Assembly (NCBI GenBank): GCA_020348985.1
Contig: CP070761.1
Coordinates: 98,023-132,250, forward strand
Length of the DNA stretch: 34,228 bases
Direction: 5' to 3'
Origin: Candidatus Thorarchaeota archaeon
GTDB taxonomy: Archaea; Asgardarchaeota; Thorarchaeia; Thorarchaeales; Thorarchaeaceae
Shown here: in pieces, positions 1-9,156 of the stretch
Position numbering within the stretch: position 1 is the first letter of the stretch
Layout: every line of letters begins with the position of its first letter
Program-made: the position numbers and the translations under genes
The notes under the pieces: model-generated
The model's database searches: none
What the model was told of the DNA's origin: nothing
The model's input: the letters and a program-made list of their open reading frames with translations, nothing else

Positions 1-198
1 ACCTATGACCTCTTCATTCGTGCTTTCGACAACGCAAACAACACGGCGATGAGTTTCAGAATAGAGGTTGACCTGCGGATAGTACCTGGCTCTGACATAG
101 ACGAATGGATTACAATGCCTGTTGTTGTGGCATCAAGCTTGGCAGTTATGCTAGTTGTCATCTTGGCCGCGAGAATCATGCAAAAAAGAAAAGAGTAA
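1..198 (+). CDS. 3' end of a membrane-anchored surface protein (Ig/Fn3-like strand, C-terminal TM helix, basic tail); partial
   Basis: Frame 1 is open from base 1 to TAA at 196-198 and is absent from the ORF track: TYDLFIRAFDNANNTA...VVVASSLAVMLVVILAARIMQKRKE*. YxLxIRAxD is typical of Ig-like beta strands; a hydrophobic helix followed by KRK is a typical anchor. Confidence 0.75.
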   Translation, partial: TYDLFIRAFDNANNTAMSFRIEVDLRIVPGSDIDEWITMPVVVASSLAVMLVVILAARIMQKRKE

Positions 199-270
199 GA
201 TGGAAAAGTCCCCCAGAATCTCTTGTTGAGCAAAGCATTTGCTCGACAAGAAGTGCGAAGGGCAAGAGAA

Positions 271-305
271 CGTTTGACGTTTGTCGTTTATCAAACGATT
301 TAAAA
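271..305 (+). promoter_or_regulatory. Putative operator array and TATA box of the ABC operon
   Basis: CGTTTGA-CGTTTGT-CGTTTAT (271-291) plus inverted TCAAACG (291-297), then TTTAAAA (299-305) about 40 nt before the TTG start. Confidence 0.5.
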
Positions 306-344
306 GAGGCCATACTTCAAAAATCAAGTCAGAGGTTTAATTGA

Positions 345-3122
345 TTGTTCCGATACGCGTTCAAGAGAGTCTCGAGGGGCTACAGGCTCTTCATAGCCCT
401 TACTATTGGAGTTCTGGTAGCCACGACATTCTTCTCGGCAATGGTGGTTTCGGCCGATGTAACATCTCGCGAGGCATTACTTACTGCTCTCGATGAAGTA
501 GACTATGACCTGCGTGTCGAAGCAAACAATGTCACATGGACCACATCTGATATGGAGGAATTGGAAGGCATACTGGGGGGTATGCCAGAAATATCGTCAA
601 CTGATGTGTATACGAAAGTGTTGTATCCCTACAACGAAACGCCAGGGACTGCTTTCAATGTCATAGGGCTGAATCCTCAGAGTGCTGCATGGCAGACTAT
701 GGAGCTCATCAATGGTTCAGCAAGCTTGGGTGCCAACGAGACCTACATTGTCGCAAGCTCTGTCAACGCTACGGCATTAACTGATGGTGAAATCCTTCAA
801 GTTCCCATTAGGGTTCAGACAACGGAGTTTCCTTTCTCAGAGACATATGACCTCAATCTTACCGTTGCAGGGTATGTCGATATTCCTGAAAGAACTGCAC
901 GTCTTCTGAATCCTCCAAGATACCTCAACTTGGGCTTCATTCAGATTGAGATAGGTGATTGGCGTCACTACAATTTGCTAATTGTTGATTGGGAATCCAC
1001 TATGTCTCCATTAATTGACATGTACTCCAGTATGGAGAATGTCACACGGATGTATGCGACGACTGGTTATGCATGTCAGCTTGACCGAGACCTGTTGATC
1101 AATCCATATGATGTAGGCGCATCATCAACTGCAATAAACGACCTTGTTGCCAGGATTGAGGACAGAACAGCCGTCTTGAACACTGATGTCACGAACCTTG
1201 TAGGTTCAACTCTGACTCTGATTTCTTTGATGTCTGCTGTCCTAATATTGGCCTTTGTGAGCCTGGCGGCCCCAATCATCTTCATGTCATGGTATTCGTC
1301 AACGATGCTAAGCGATGTGAGCTACAACCTCCGCCGTCGTGAATTCGGTCTCCTGTCGGCAAAAGGATTGGGTCCCAGACCCATCAGGAGAATGCTTCTA
1401 TTCGAGGGTATCATCATCGGGCTAGTTGGAGGAGTCCTGGGTCTCGTAGCTGGCACAATTCTCGGACATATGGTTGTTGGCGTGACGATAGACAATCTGC
1501 TCCTAGCGTTGACTGGGAATTTGATGACGGCCGCCTTCGTCGTTGTATTTGCGCTGGTTCTGGCATATTGGTCAGTTCGTGGGCCGTCCAGTAGGGCTTC
1601 CAAACTAGACCCTCTGGATGCTCTCAAACAATACGTCTACATTGAAGAACAGCGGGAGTACAAGAGGTTCCTTCCAACCATTGCCTTGGTTCTTGGCACA
1701 TACAAGATAGTGGCATGGGTAGTTGGAATCAACATGCAGACCGTCCTTTCAGGTGCTCTATCAACCAACTTCCTGCTACTGATTCTGACCGCACTCTTCA
1801 CACCAATTGATGCATTCCTGAATTTTGCGGGACCTATCCTGTTTCTCTATGGTGTCACGAAGATACTACTCAGAGGATCACAGAAGTTCCAAGAAGGAAT
1901 CGTTCAAGCGGGAAGCCGTTTCTTTGGAGCATTTGGGCGACTAGCAACGAGGAACGTCAAGAGGAATCCGTCAAGAAATGCAGCACTGGTTTTTGTTATT
2001 GCACTCATTGTATCCTATGGCATCTTCAGTGTTGGAGGTCTCTTCTCTGAGGAAGACCGCATTATTCGAACCGCTCTCTATGATGTTGGATCTGATGTGA
2101 GTGCCACCTTCAGCGCTGGCGAGGACATATTCGAGACGGTTGACGAAATAAACGAGCTCGACGGCGTTGATGCAGTTACATTGGAATATCGAATGACATT
2201 GAGTACTACAAGAGGCTCCATGGAGGTACGAGCGATTTCCCCGGAGAATTGGAGTGATGCAGCGTTCTATGAGGAGATTTGGTTCTCCGGTGCAACTCTC
2301 GAGGAAATCTTCTCGAATTTCACTGATAACAAGATCTTGCTCTCAGTATCGGTTGCAAGACAACTTGATCTGAGGATTGGCAACTTCATCACTCTTCGAG
2401 GCACAGGCGCAAGTGATGTGCATAGGATGGAGATAGTTGGTTTCGTTGGTTTCGTAAGTCCGTTCGAGGGTATGCTCGGCGATTTTGCAAGGTTCGTGTT
2501 TGGTGGCACATATCCCTCCTACATTCCTCGTGATTATCTCAATTCATCAGGCCTGGTCGAATATGCTGAGGGATACGTACTCATCAAGACTGAGGATTTC
2601 TTGAATGGTACAGAGTTGGAGGAAGTGATAGTAGACATTGCTCCTGAAGTAGAAAACACGGCCTCTGTGACTTCAATGCTGAAAGCATCGGAGGAGAACA
2701 CGTTCGAAGGTGGAGGCACGAGGGCTCGCTGGGTAGGGGTAGTTTTTGCAGTGGTTCTTGCAGTTGTTGGAACCGGCCTGGTCGTGGGCTTGACTCTGAA
2801 GGAAAAGGAGTACGAAACGACGCTGCTCAGTGTCCGGGGCTTCTCTCGGGGACAAGTATTGAAAGTGCTACTAGCGGAAATCATGGTAATGGTCCTCTTT
2901 TCGCTCCTCCTAGGAGTAGGGACCGGATTCATACAGCTATTTGGAGACCTCTCCAATCAGAGTCAGAACCTGCAGGCGCTTGTGCGACCCATAGTTGTGC
3001 TTTCTGCACCTGCAGTTCTCGGAATGGTTACAATGGTTCTTGCTGTCATTGGAGCAGCGGTAGTGCCAATTGCTTGGGCATCTAGGTTTACAGAAGGAAG
3101 GGTTGACGTTCTTAGAGAGTAG
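345..3122 (+). CDS. ABC transporter permease, MacB/FtsX family (duplicated FtsX domains)
   Basis: Two repeats of TM + large extracytoplasmic domain + 3 TM; motifs RRREFGLLSAKG and KEKEYETTLLSVRG; many N-x-S/T sequons; followed by an ATPase gene. Confidence 0.92.
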   Translation: MFRYAFKRVSRGYRLFIALTIGVLVATTFFSAMVVSADVTSREALLTALDEVDYDLRVEANNVTWTTSDMEELEGILGGMPEISSTDVYTKVLYPYNETPGTAFNVIGLNPQSAAWQTMELINGSASLGANETYIVASSVNATALTDGEILQVPIRVQTTEFPFSETYDLNLTVAGYVDIPERTARLLNPPRYLNLGFIQIEIGDWRHYNLLIVDWESTMSPLIDMYSSMENVTRMYATTGYACQLDRDLLINPYDVGASSTAINDLVARIEDRTAVLNTDVTNLVGSTLTLISLMSAVLILAFVSLAAPIIFMSWYSSTMLSDVSYNLRRREFGLLSAKGLGPRPIRRMLLFEGIIIGLVGGVLGLVAGTILGHMVVGVTIDNLLLALTGNLMTAAFVVVFALVLAYWSVRGPSSRASKLDPLDALKQYVYIEEQREYKRFLPTIALVLGTYKIVAWVVGINMQTVLSGALSTNFLLLILTALFTPIDAFLNFAGPILFLYGVTKILLRGSQKFQEGIVQAGSRFFGAFGRLATRNVKRNPSRNAALVFVIALIVSYGIFSVGGLFSEEDRIIRTALYDVGSDVSATFSAGEDIFETVDEINELDGVDAVTLEYRMTLSTTRGSMEVRAISPENWSDAAFYEEIWFSGATLEEIFSNFTDNKILLSVSVARQLDLRIGNFITLRGTGASDVHRMEIVGFVGFVSPFEGMLGDFARFVFGGTYPSYIPRDYLNSSGLVEYAEGYVLIKTEDFLNGTELEEVIVDIAPEVENTASVTSMLKASEENTFEGGGTRARWVGVVFAVVLAVVGTGLVVGLTLKEKEYETTLLSVRGFSRGQVLKVLLAEIMVMVLFSLLLGVGTGFIQLFGDLSNQSQNLQALVRPIVVLSAPAVLGMVTMVLAVIGAAVVPIAWASRFTEGRVDVLRE

Positions 3123-3133
3123 AGGTGAATGCT

Positions 3134-4027
3134 TTGACAACGGTTGCTAGTTACATTCAGACAGATGATTTGGTGAAAGTGTACAGGCTTGGAGACGTTG
3201 AGGTACAAGCACTGCGCGGTCTCTCAATCAAGATTGACCAAGGCGAGGTAATCTCAATAGTTGGCCCAAGTGGATCGGGAAAGACCACCTTGCTCAATAT
3301 TATAGGTGGTCTCACCTATGCAACGGCTGGTAAGTCCTACGTGGCTGGATATGACATTTCATCCTCCTCACCTGCACAACTGGGCTATCTACGGCAGAAG
3401 ATTGTGGGACATATCTTTCAGACACTCAATCTCATCCCGACTCTGACTGCCTACGAGAACGTCGAACTGCCCATGCTTGCAATCAATGCTCCCAAGAACG
3501 AGCGCAAGAAGCGTGTCACAATGTTGTTGGACCAGGTGGGTCTCGGTCTCAGGATGAATCACAAGCCTGATGAGCTGAGTGGGGGTGAAAAGCAGCGCGT
3601 CGCAATTGCCGCCGCGCTAGCCAATGATCCTCCCATTCTGATTGCGGACGAGCCCACTGGAGACCTCGATACAGAGACCGGGGCCAGAATTGTTGAGTTC
3701 CTCTTGAGTGTGAACAAGGATATGGGCAAGACCGTTCTAATAGTCACTCACGACCCCCAGATTGCGAGGCAGACTGATCGGATCTATCGCATCATGGACG
3801 GTCGAATTATCTCAGTTCAGACGCCGGGTGAAGCTGAGGAGGCCACAGTCGAGATACGGATTCAGATGTACAGGGATCGCCTCACAGAGACTAACGATGA
3901 GATAGCGCAATTGCAGAAGGCCTACGAGCAGCAAAGGGTGACCGCAGGAACATTCGCCGAGCGCTGGACAAACCTCCACCTTACAAAAGATTTTCTCGAG
4001 AAAGAACTCAATAGAATGGGGCTATGA
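3134..4027 (+). CDS. ABC transporter ATP-binding protein (LolD/MacB-like) with C-terminal helical extension
   Basis: Walker A GPSGSGKT, signature LSGGEKQR, Walker B ILIADEPTG, H-loop VTHD. TTG at 3134 follows GAGGTGA (the track starts at GTG 3125). Confidence 0.95.
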   Translation: MTTVASYIQTDDLVKVYRLGDVEVQALRGLSIKIDQGEVISIVGPSGSGKTTLLNIIGGLTYATAGKSYVAGYDISSSSPAQLGYLRQKIVGHIFQTLNLIPTLTAYENVELPMLAINAPKNERKKRVTMLLDQVGLGLRMNHKPDELSGGEKQRVAIAAALANDPPILIADEPTGDLDTETGARIVEFLLSVNKDMGKTVLIVTHDPQIARQTDRIYRIMDGRIISVQTPGEAEEATVEIRIQMYRDRLTETNDEIAQLQKAYEQQRVTAGTFAERWTNLHLTKDFLEKELNRMGL

Positions 4028-4037
4028 TGGTCCAAGA

Positions 4038-4069
4038 CTACATGGGAACGTGTAGCCAGACGTTCCCAT
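4038..4069. terminator. Inverted repeat between convergent genes, possible terminator or stabilising hairpin
   Basis: ATGGGAACGT (4042-4051) and ACGTTCCCAT (4060-4069) form a perfect 10-bp stem; an alternative hairpin spans 4038-4055. Confidence 0.45.
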
Positions 4070-4125
4070 TTCATCTATTTGTCCGTGATCAAGAGTCCTC
4101 TTTGCGTAGAATTCATGTATTCAGA

Positions 4126-4917
4126 CTACTTCGCTAGAGGGTGTTTCGTTTCCTCGCCCTTGCATTCGATGCCTATCGCATTGCAAACGGCGTATCTATG
4201 ATTGTAACCTGCAACGTGTAGCGGAGCGTCCTCAAGCTCGCGGTCGACAGTCATTGAGCCAGTGCAAGGATAAGCATGATGTGCTTTGGCAATAACGTCA
4301 AAGAGGCCTTCGGTATCAGAGACTAGATGCCCACGTACCTTCTGCCCAACATACCAGGCACAGCCACAGGGCGATGAGCGAGTGATGGTAATTTCGGCGA
4401 TTCTGTCATTCTTGACCTCTGCTTCAAATTGGGGCAAGCCTAGTCGATATCTGTCGATGAACTCGTCAATGAGGCTTCCATGTCCATAGTCAAGAGTGCA
4501 AAATGGCTTCGGAAATGCGGACTCTATCCCCACTTCTTCTAGAGTTTCCTTGATCTGTTCCCTGAGTCCTGGCGGCACCCAAGCAGGGTCTTCCACTGGG
4601 GCAAGGACGGCACGTGCATCTGTTCTCTCGACAAGTGTGTCGGCAGAAGCAATTAAGTCATGGTGGACACCGACAAGCATAATCATATCGCATTCGTGGA
4701 GGTCAATCCCTTCAAGCATCTCCATCGGGTTATCGTACATCTTAGTGGCAGGCGCGTCTACTCTATGCATGCCGACAATGTCGCCTACGAATGTTCCGTA
4801 GCCAACTCTGCAATCTGAACAAGTCGGTGCACAGCTCTCACAAAAAGTCTTGAAGTTGATCAGATTTCCGAGGACCCTCTCTGCAAAAACATCCCCGTAG
4901 ATAGTGACTATCCTCAT
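4126..4917 (-). CDS. DUF166-family protein with N-terminal Cys cluster
   Basis: Motifs FPKPFC, RSSPCG, HHAYPCTGSM and LHVAG match the archaeal DUF166 pattern. Start set at MRIVTIYG. Confidence 0.75.
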   Translation of the reverse strand: MRIVTIYGDVFAERVLGNLINFKTFCESCAPTCSDCRVGYGTFVGDIVGMHRVDAPATKMYDNPMEMLEGIDLHECDMIMLVGVHHDLIASADTLVERTDARAVLAPVEDPAWVPPGLREQIKETLEEVGIESAFPKPFCTLDYGHGSLIDEFIDRYRLGLPQFEAEVKNDRIAEITITRSSPCGCAWYVGQKVRGHLVSDTEGLFDVIAKAHHAYPCTGSMTVDRELEDAPLHVAGYNHRYAVCNAIGIECKGEETKHPLAK

Positions 4918-5025
4918 ATCATGCACCGTAGTTTTGAAGCACAACCCTCTGTAATTCATAAGGTTGGTGATAGAGCAACTGAGTTCGGAAACTGTAATAT
5001 CATTGAATGACCATACTGGAACGAA

Positions 5026-6060
5026 GTGGTTAGTTTGGGAGTTGCAGATGAATGGTCAATGCTCTCTGAGAGAGTACTTCACGTCAAGGGAAGACCCGGC
5101 CGGCTTGCCTTGGTGGCCGTAGTGCTTGTCTACATTGCTGAAGCTGTCTCTATCATAGGTCTTTGGATCAATGGTCGATTCAATCCAGCTGGTATAGACA
5201 TCAATTGGATTCTCTCAATGGTGGCCGCGGGCCTCTTCTTTGGTGTCTTCGGATGGGGGGCCGTTTTCCTAAAAGGAGCCTACTACAAAACAATTGAGCA
5301 GCTCAGCTTCAAAGACGAAAAAGCGAAATCTGAATTCCTCACGAAAGAAGCCGTCTACTCTGATACTTTCGCTGCAATCGGTGCAGTGTTGACGGCAACT
5401 GCTCTTGGTGTGGCCCTGAGCGTTTGGCCGCTCTTCACAGGGTATTTCATTCCTACCTTTACATTCAACCTTGCTCCATACTTTGCGATAGCACTTCTCA
5501 TCTTGGCTCTTGTCGCATCCTTGGGCATCGACGCTGTCGCAGCCATCTCTAGACTTGTCACAATTCCGCGGAGACTAAGAGACCATCTGCAGATCAGTCT
5601 ATTACGACCTGACAGATGTGGTGGGGCAAAGGCAATCGGGGACTACTACTTTTTATTCACCCTATTGGTTGCGGCCATTGGTTCTCTGACAATTGTGATA
5701 TCCGGGACATTCGAAGACATTCGCGTCGGCTACTTTCTCGCAGCCACATTCCTACTTGTAGGCGTAGGGATATTCCTAGTCCCACAGATGTCAGTCAGAT
5801 CCATCCTCAGAGCAGAGAAATTGAGCCGACTCGAAGAGATATCTCACCGTGTCGATGATTTGAGCGATCCATCACAAGACCTTGATAGCGATGAAATGAT
5901 TCTCGCCTTCCTCCAAGTTCAATCTCTGATTATGCTATACGGAGAGATCGAGAAGCTTAGAGAGTTCCCGTTCGAAACGGGGACCTTTCAGAAAGTCCTT
6001 AGTACAGCACTCGTACCGATAGTGCTTCAGATTATCTTCACTATTCTTAGAATCACCTAG
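5026..6060 (+). CDS. Uncharacterised multi-pass membrane protein
   Basis: About 6-7 hydrophobic segments; conserved-looking PDRCGGAKAIG loop and C-terminal EFPF motif. Start uncertain (5026 or 5059). Confidence 0.75.
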   Translation: MVSLGVADEWSMLSERVLHVKGRPGRLALVAVVLVYIAEAVSIIGLWINGRFNPAGIDINWILSMVAAGLFFGVFGWGAVFLKGAYYKTIEQLSFKDEKAKSEFLTKEAVYSDTFAAIGAVLTATALGVALSVWPLFTGYFIPTFTFNLAPYFAIALLILALVASLGIDAVAAISRLVTIPRRLRDHLQISLLRPDRCGGAKAIGDYYFLFTLLVAAIGSLTIVISGTFEDIRVGYFLAATFLLVGVGIFLVPQMSVRSILRAEKLSRLEEISHRVDDLSDPSQDLDSDEMILAFLQVQSLIMLYGEIEKLREFPFETGTFQKVLSTALVPIVLQIIFTILRIT

Positions 6061-6143
6061 AATCTCTCAAATCCATGAGCTCATTTGCCTTGAGTCTCGA
6101 TATCTTTTTCTCAAGGGCCTTCGCTAGCGTTGAATGACGCGCA

Positions 6144-7022
6144 ATGAGCCTCCCTGTCGTTCTAGTGCATGGTGGAGCAACGAAGTTCAAGAAAGAGTCT
6201 CACGATGATGTACTCAAAGCGGTTGAACGTGCAGCAGAGGTTGGATTCTGTGTTCTTGAGCGCGGCGGATCTGGTCTAGATTCAGCAGAAGCAACAATCA
6301 GGTCTCTTGAGTCGACAACGCTCTTCACAGCAGGGCTAGGGGCTGAGCCAAACCTGGATGGCGAAATCGAGCTTGACGCAATAGTCATGGATGGCAATCG
6401 TCTTGAGAGTGGGGCAGTCATGGCAGTGCAAAATACAGTACATCCGATATCGCTTGCCAGATATGTCTTGGAAAGAACTCCGAATGCACAGATAGCAGGC
6501 TCTGGTGCAGACAAGCTCTATCGTAAAATGATCCAGGAAGGTTACCGGGAGGAAAGCACAGCTGGCCGTCCAACAGGTCCACGAATAAGCGAGGGGTGCG
6601 ACACTGTAGGCTGCATAGTAGTCGACGCTAACGGGTACTTGGTTGCAGCCTCGTCAACGAGTGGTTGGGGCGGAATGCTCCCCGGACGAGTTGGAGACAC
6701 GCCTGTGATAGGATCCGGTGTCTATGCCAACGAGATAGCGGCGGCTTGCTCGACAGGAAGGGGAGAACAGATACTTCGAATAGTCATGTCCAGAATAGCA
6801 GTCCATTATGTCGAGGACGGCTTCTCTGTCACCGAGGCTGTACAGAAGACCATGAGAGTGCTCAGAGAAAAGACGACTGGAGAAGCTGGACTGATCATGG
6901 CAGACTCTCAGGGGAATGTGTCTCTCGGGTTTGACACGCCTCACATGCCTGTGGCTCTCCATGGTGAGGCAGGATTAGTATATTCCTCCCTAACTCCAGA
7001 TGACTTCCCTTCAACCACCTGA
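6144..7022 (+). CDS. iaaA: Isoaspartyl peptidase / L-asparaginase type 2 (Ntn hydrolase)
   Basis: VHGGA, ELDA-x-VMDG, autocleavage site D|TVG, STSG, GRVGDTP, STGRGE. Confidence 0.93.
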   Translation: MSLPVVLVHGGATKFKKESHDDVLKAVERAAEVGFCVLERGGSGLDSAEATIRSLESTTLFTAGLGAEPNLDGEIELDAIVMDGNRLESGAVMAVQNTVHPISLARYVLERTPNAQIAGSGADKLYRKMIQEGYREESTAGRPTGPRISEGCDTVGCIVVDANGYLVAASSTSGWGGMLPGRVGDTPVIGSGVYANEIAAACSTGRGEQILRIVMSRIAVHYVEDGFSVTEAVQKTMRVLREKTTGEAGLIMADSQGNVSLGFDTPHMPVALHGEAGLVYSSLTPDDFPSTT

Positions 7023-7158
7023 ATTGCAGGCCAGTTCAGACAAAGGAGGGTGGGGTCAGAAGGTACGGGATCCGGCATTCCGCGGCTGTAATTCTAAGAG
7101 GGCGTTCACGACTACGCAACTCTCTCTCATTCCACAATCAAAGGGCGACTCTGATGTT

Positions 7159-7881
7159 TCATGTAACAGCTCTGATATTCCCTCTAACCCCAATGATGAA
7201 TTTCCGAAGTGGGATGTTGGCTCCTGAGACGGCTATTGCCTCCTCGACGGTTCTGGCCAGCGAACCACAACATGGAACTTCCATGTGGACGACCGAGAGA
7301 TCTTTGACATCGTTCTCTTTCAGCATCATAGCTAACTTCTGAACGTTGGATGAGTAGTCCTCAAACTTAGGACACCACATAGCGACAGTCTTCTCATGTA
7401 GGAAATCCTCGTGTAGGCCTGAATAAGCGGCGGCCGCACAGTCCGCTAGGAGCAGCAATGATGCACCCTTCAAGGCTGGATGGTGTGGGCTCAATAAACG
7501 GAGCTTGATCGGCCAGTGTCCTAGTTCAGATTCCCGTGATTCGGTTGGAACCAGGTTATCGTGCATTTCATGAGCGTGTTGAGTTTCGTAGACCAAGACC
7601 TGCTCACCTGGGCAGCCAGACGACTCAGTGTTCCCCCTGATTTTGGCGACATACTCCATTGCCGCCTCCTCGTCGAACTCAACGGTCTCAACTTCTAGAA
7701 GACTCAGTGCGTCCTCAGGACAATGGCCGAGGCAAGCACCTAGTCCATCACAATAACTCTCAGAGACGACTTTCGCAACACCGTCGACTACAGCCAAAGC
7801 GCCCTCGGCACAGTTTGGCACACATAGTCCACAGCCAGTACATTTGTCCTCGTCAATTTGAATCATTAGCCTTGCTACCAT
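7159..7881 (-). CDS. 4Fe-4S ferredoxin-domain iron-sulfur protein
   Basis: CTGCGLCVPNC and CDGLGACLGHCP; C-terminal domain with WPIKL, ADC, CPK and MEVPCC. Start at MVARL; TATA-like TTAAATATAG about 45 nt upstream. Confidence 0.9.
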   Translation of the reverse strand: MVARLMIQIDEDKCTGCGLCVPNCAEGALAVVDGVAKVVSESYCDGLGACLGHCPEDALSLLEVETVEFDEEAAMEYVAKIRGNTESSGCPGEQVLVYETQHAHEMHDNLVPTESRESELGHWPIKLRLLSPHHPALKGASLLLLADCAAAAYSGLHEDFLHEKTVAMWCPKFEDYSSNVQKLAMMLKENDVKDLSVVHMEVPCCGSLARTVEEAIAVSGANIPLRKFIIGVRGNIRAVT

Positions 7882-8081
7882 AAAAGACACCATTGCAGTA
7901 CGGTACATTGGAATGACCGAGTTAACTATATTTAAGTCTATTAGTTTCCGCAGAGATATGCGCTATCCATAGAGATAGTGATTTCACTCTTCTTCGGCGG
8001 TCTCAGAGCAAACCAACTGAATGGAATCATGCATAGAAATCCTGGAATCTCAATCATTAGATTTTAGACATAGATGTGACT

Positions 8082-8840
8082 TCATGTTGCTTCTTCTGAA
8101 TGCGGACTTCGGAAATCAGTAGAAGAGACTCCCTTGAACTCTTCAAGACCCTCAGGAGGCCACCCTCTTGGAGTTTCGAGATTCTTTCCAAATCGAAAGT
8201 CACATCTTGGATGTCCCAATGCCAGAGTTTGAGTTCTTCTGAAACCCACACCAAAGGCTCGCATTCTAGCAAAATCGGCGAGGCATGCAAACGGCGCTAT
8301 TTCTTCAACCCCATGTTCTCGTGCTAGCTTTAGCCAACCACATTCTTCAAAGTTTAATCCCCAATCAAAGACTGTTCCATCCCCATCAATGAACTCTCCG
8401 ATCCAGTTTTGAGAGTATTCCCTATTCTGGCTCTCGGTTGCCCAAGTTTTCCATTGGAGTTTCGCTCGATTTGAGAATGCCAGCCTCCGAACTATTCTCC
8501 TCCTAATCCAAGAAGCAGATTCCATGTAGGCTTCAGCAATCTCGTACATTAATTGTCCAAACTCTCTTGATTCCATGCCAATACTCTTGCAAGCTTTGTA
8601 GAATGCTATTGTTTGGGCGCCGTGCATCATCAGTTCAGTAGCAGGGCTTCTATCTCCACCTACATACGGTATTTCTGACAATATATGTTCAAATTGTTTC
8701 CTTGACCTTTCTATCAAGATTTCAAGTGTTCTTTCATCGAAACGCGTATGTGTCACTTTCTTTGCGACTGAAAGTATCTTCTCAAATTCCTTTGCAAATC
8801 TCACCTTGTTACGAATATAGTAATCTTCCGTATCTTCCAT
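8082..8840 (-). CDS. L-2-amino-thiazoline-4-carboxylic acid (ATC) hydrolase family protein
   Basis: C-terminal EECG...ACLADF...RTQTLALGHPRCDFRF is the family signature. Confidence 0.85.
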   Translation of the reverse strand: MEDTEDYYIRNKVRFAKEFEKILSVAKKVTHTRFDERTLEILIERSRKQFEHILSEIPYVGGDRSPATELMMHGAQTIAFYKACKSIGMESREFGQLMYEIAEAYMESASWIRRRIVRRLAFSNRAKLQWKTWATESQNREYSQNWIGEFIDGDGTVFDWGLNFEECGWLKLAREHGVEEIAPFACLADFARMRAFGVGFRRTQTLALGHPRCDFRFGKNLETPRGWPPEGLEEFKGVSSTDFRSPHSEEAT

Positions 8841-9096
8841 GCTACCACGCAAGATGAATCCCGTTCTTCGCCGCTCTTAAGCACTCTGAGTAGCGCAAGG
8901 GACAGCGTAGACTCATCATAGCTCTATTGCACGCGCACAAGCTACTCTTCGACTTGCTATTGCATTCAAGACCATGTGGAAATGGTTTCCTATTCAGATG
9001 GAAAAACGCAGATCTAGAACACCTGACTCATCATGTGCGCCGTGAATTGGCGTGTGATACAGGGTTCAACAATGTCAACTCTCACTATGTTTTTTA

Positions 9097-9133
9097 GTGG
9101 CTACTATACATTTTGCCACCAACTTTCCTAAGT
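9097..9133. promoter_or_regulatory. Putative autoregulatory operator(s) of the HxlR gene
   Basis: GTGGC-N13-GCCAC flanking a TATA-like CTATACATTTT, and ACTT-N4-AAGT (9122-9133), just upstream of the start. Confidence 0.3.
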
Positions 9134-9156
9134 CACCAGGGTGAGAGGCGCAAAGC

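Noticed and set aside
105-344. 79-aa ORF in frame with the permease across a TGA
   Set aside because: It overlaps the real upstream CDS and the promoter, and has no recognisable protein features.
8994-9034. C/D box sRNA on the minus strand (ATGATGA...CTGA)
   Set aside because: Only 41 nt long with no convincing C'/D' boxes; the second ATGATGA copy has no D box.
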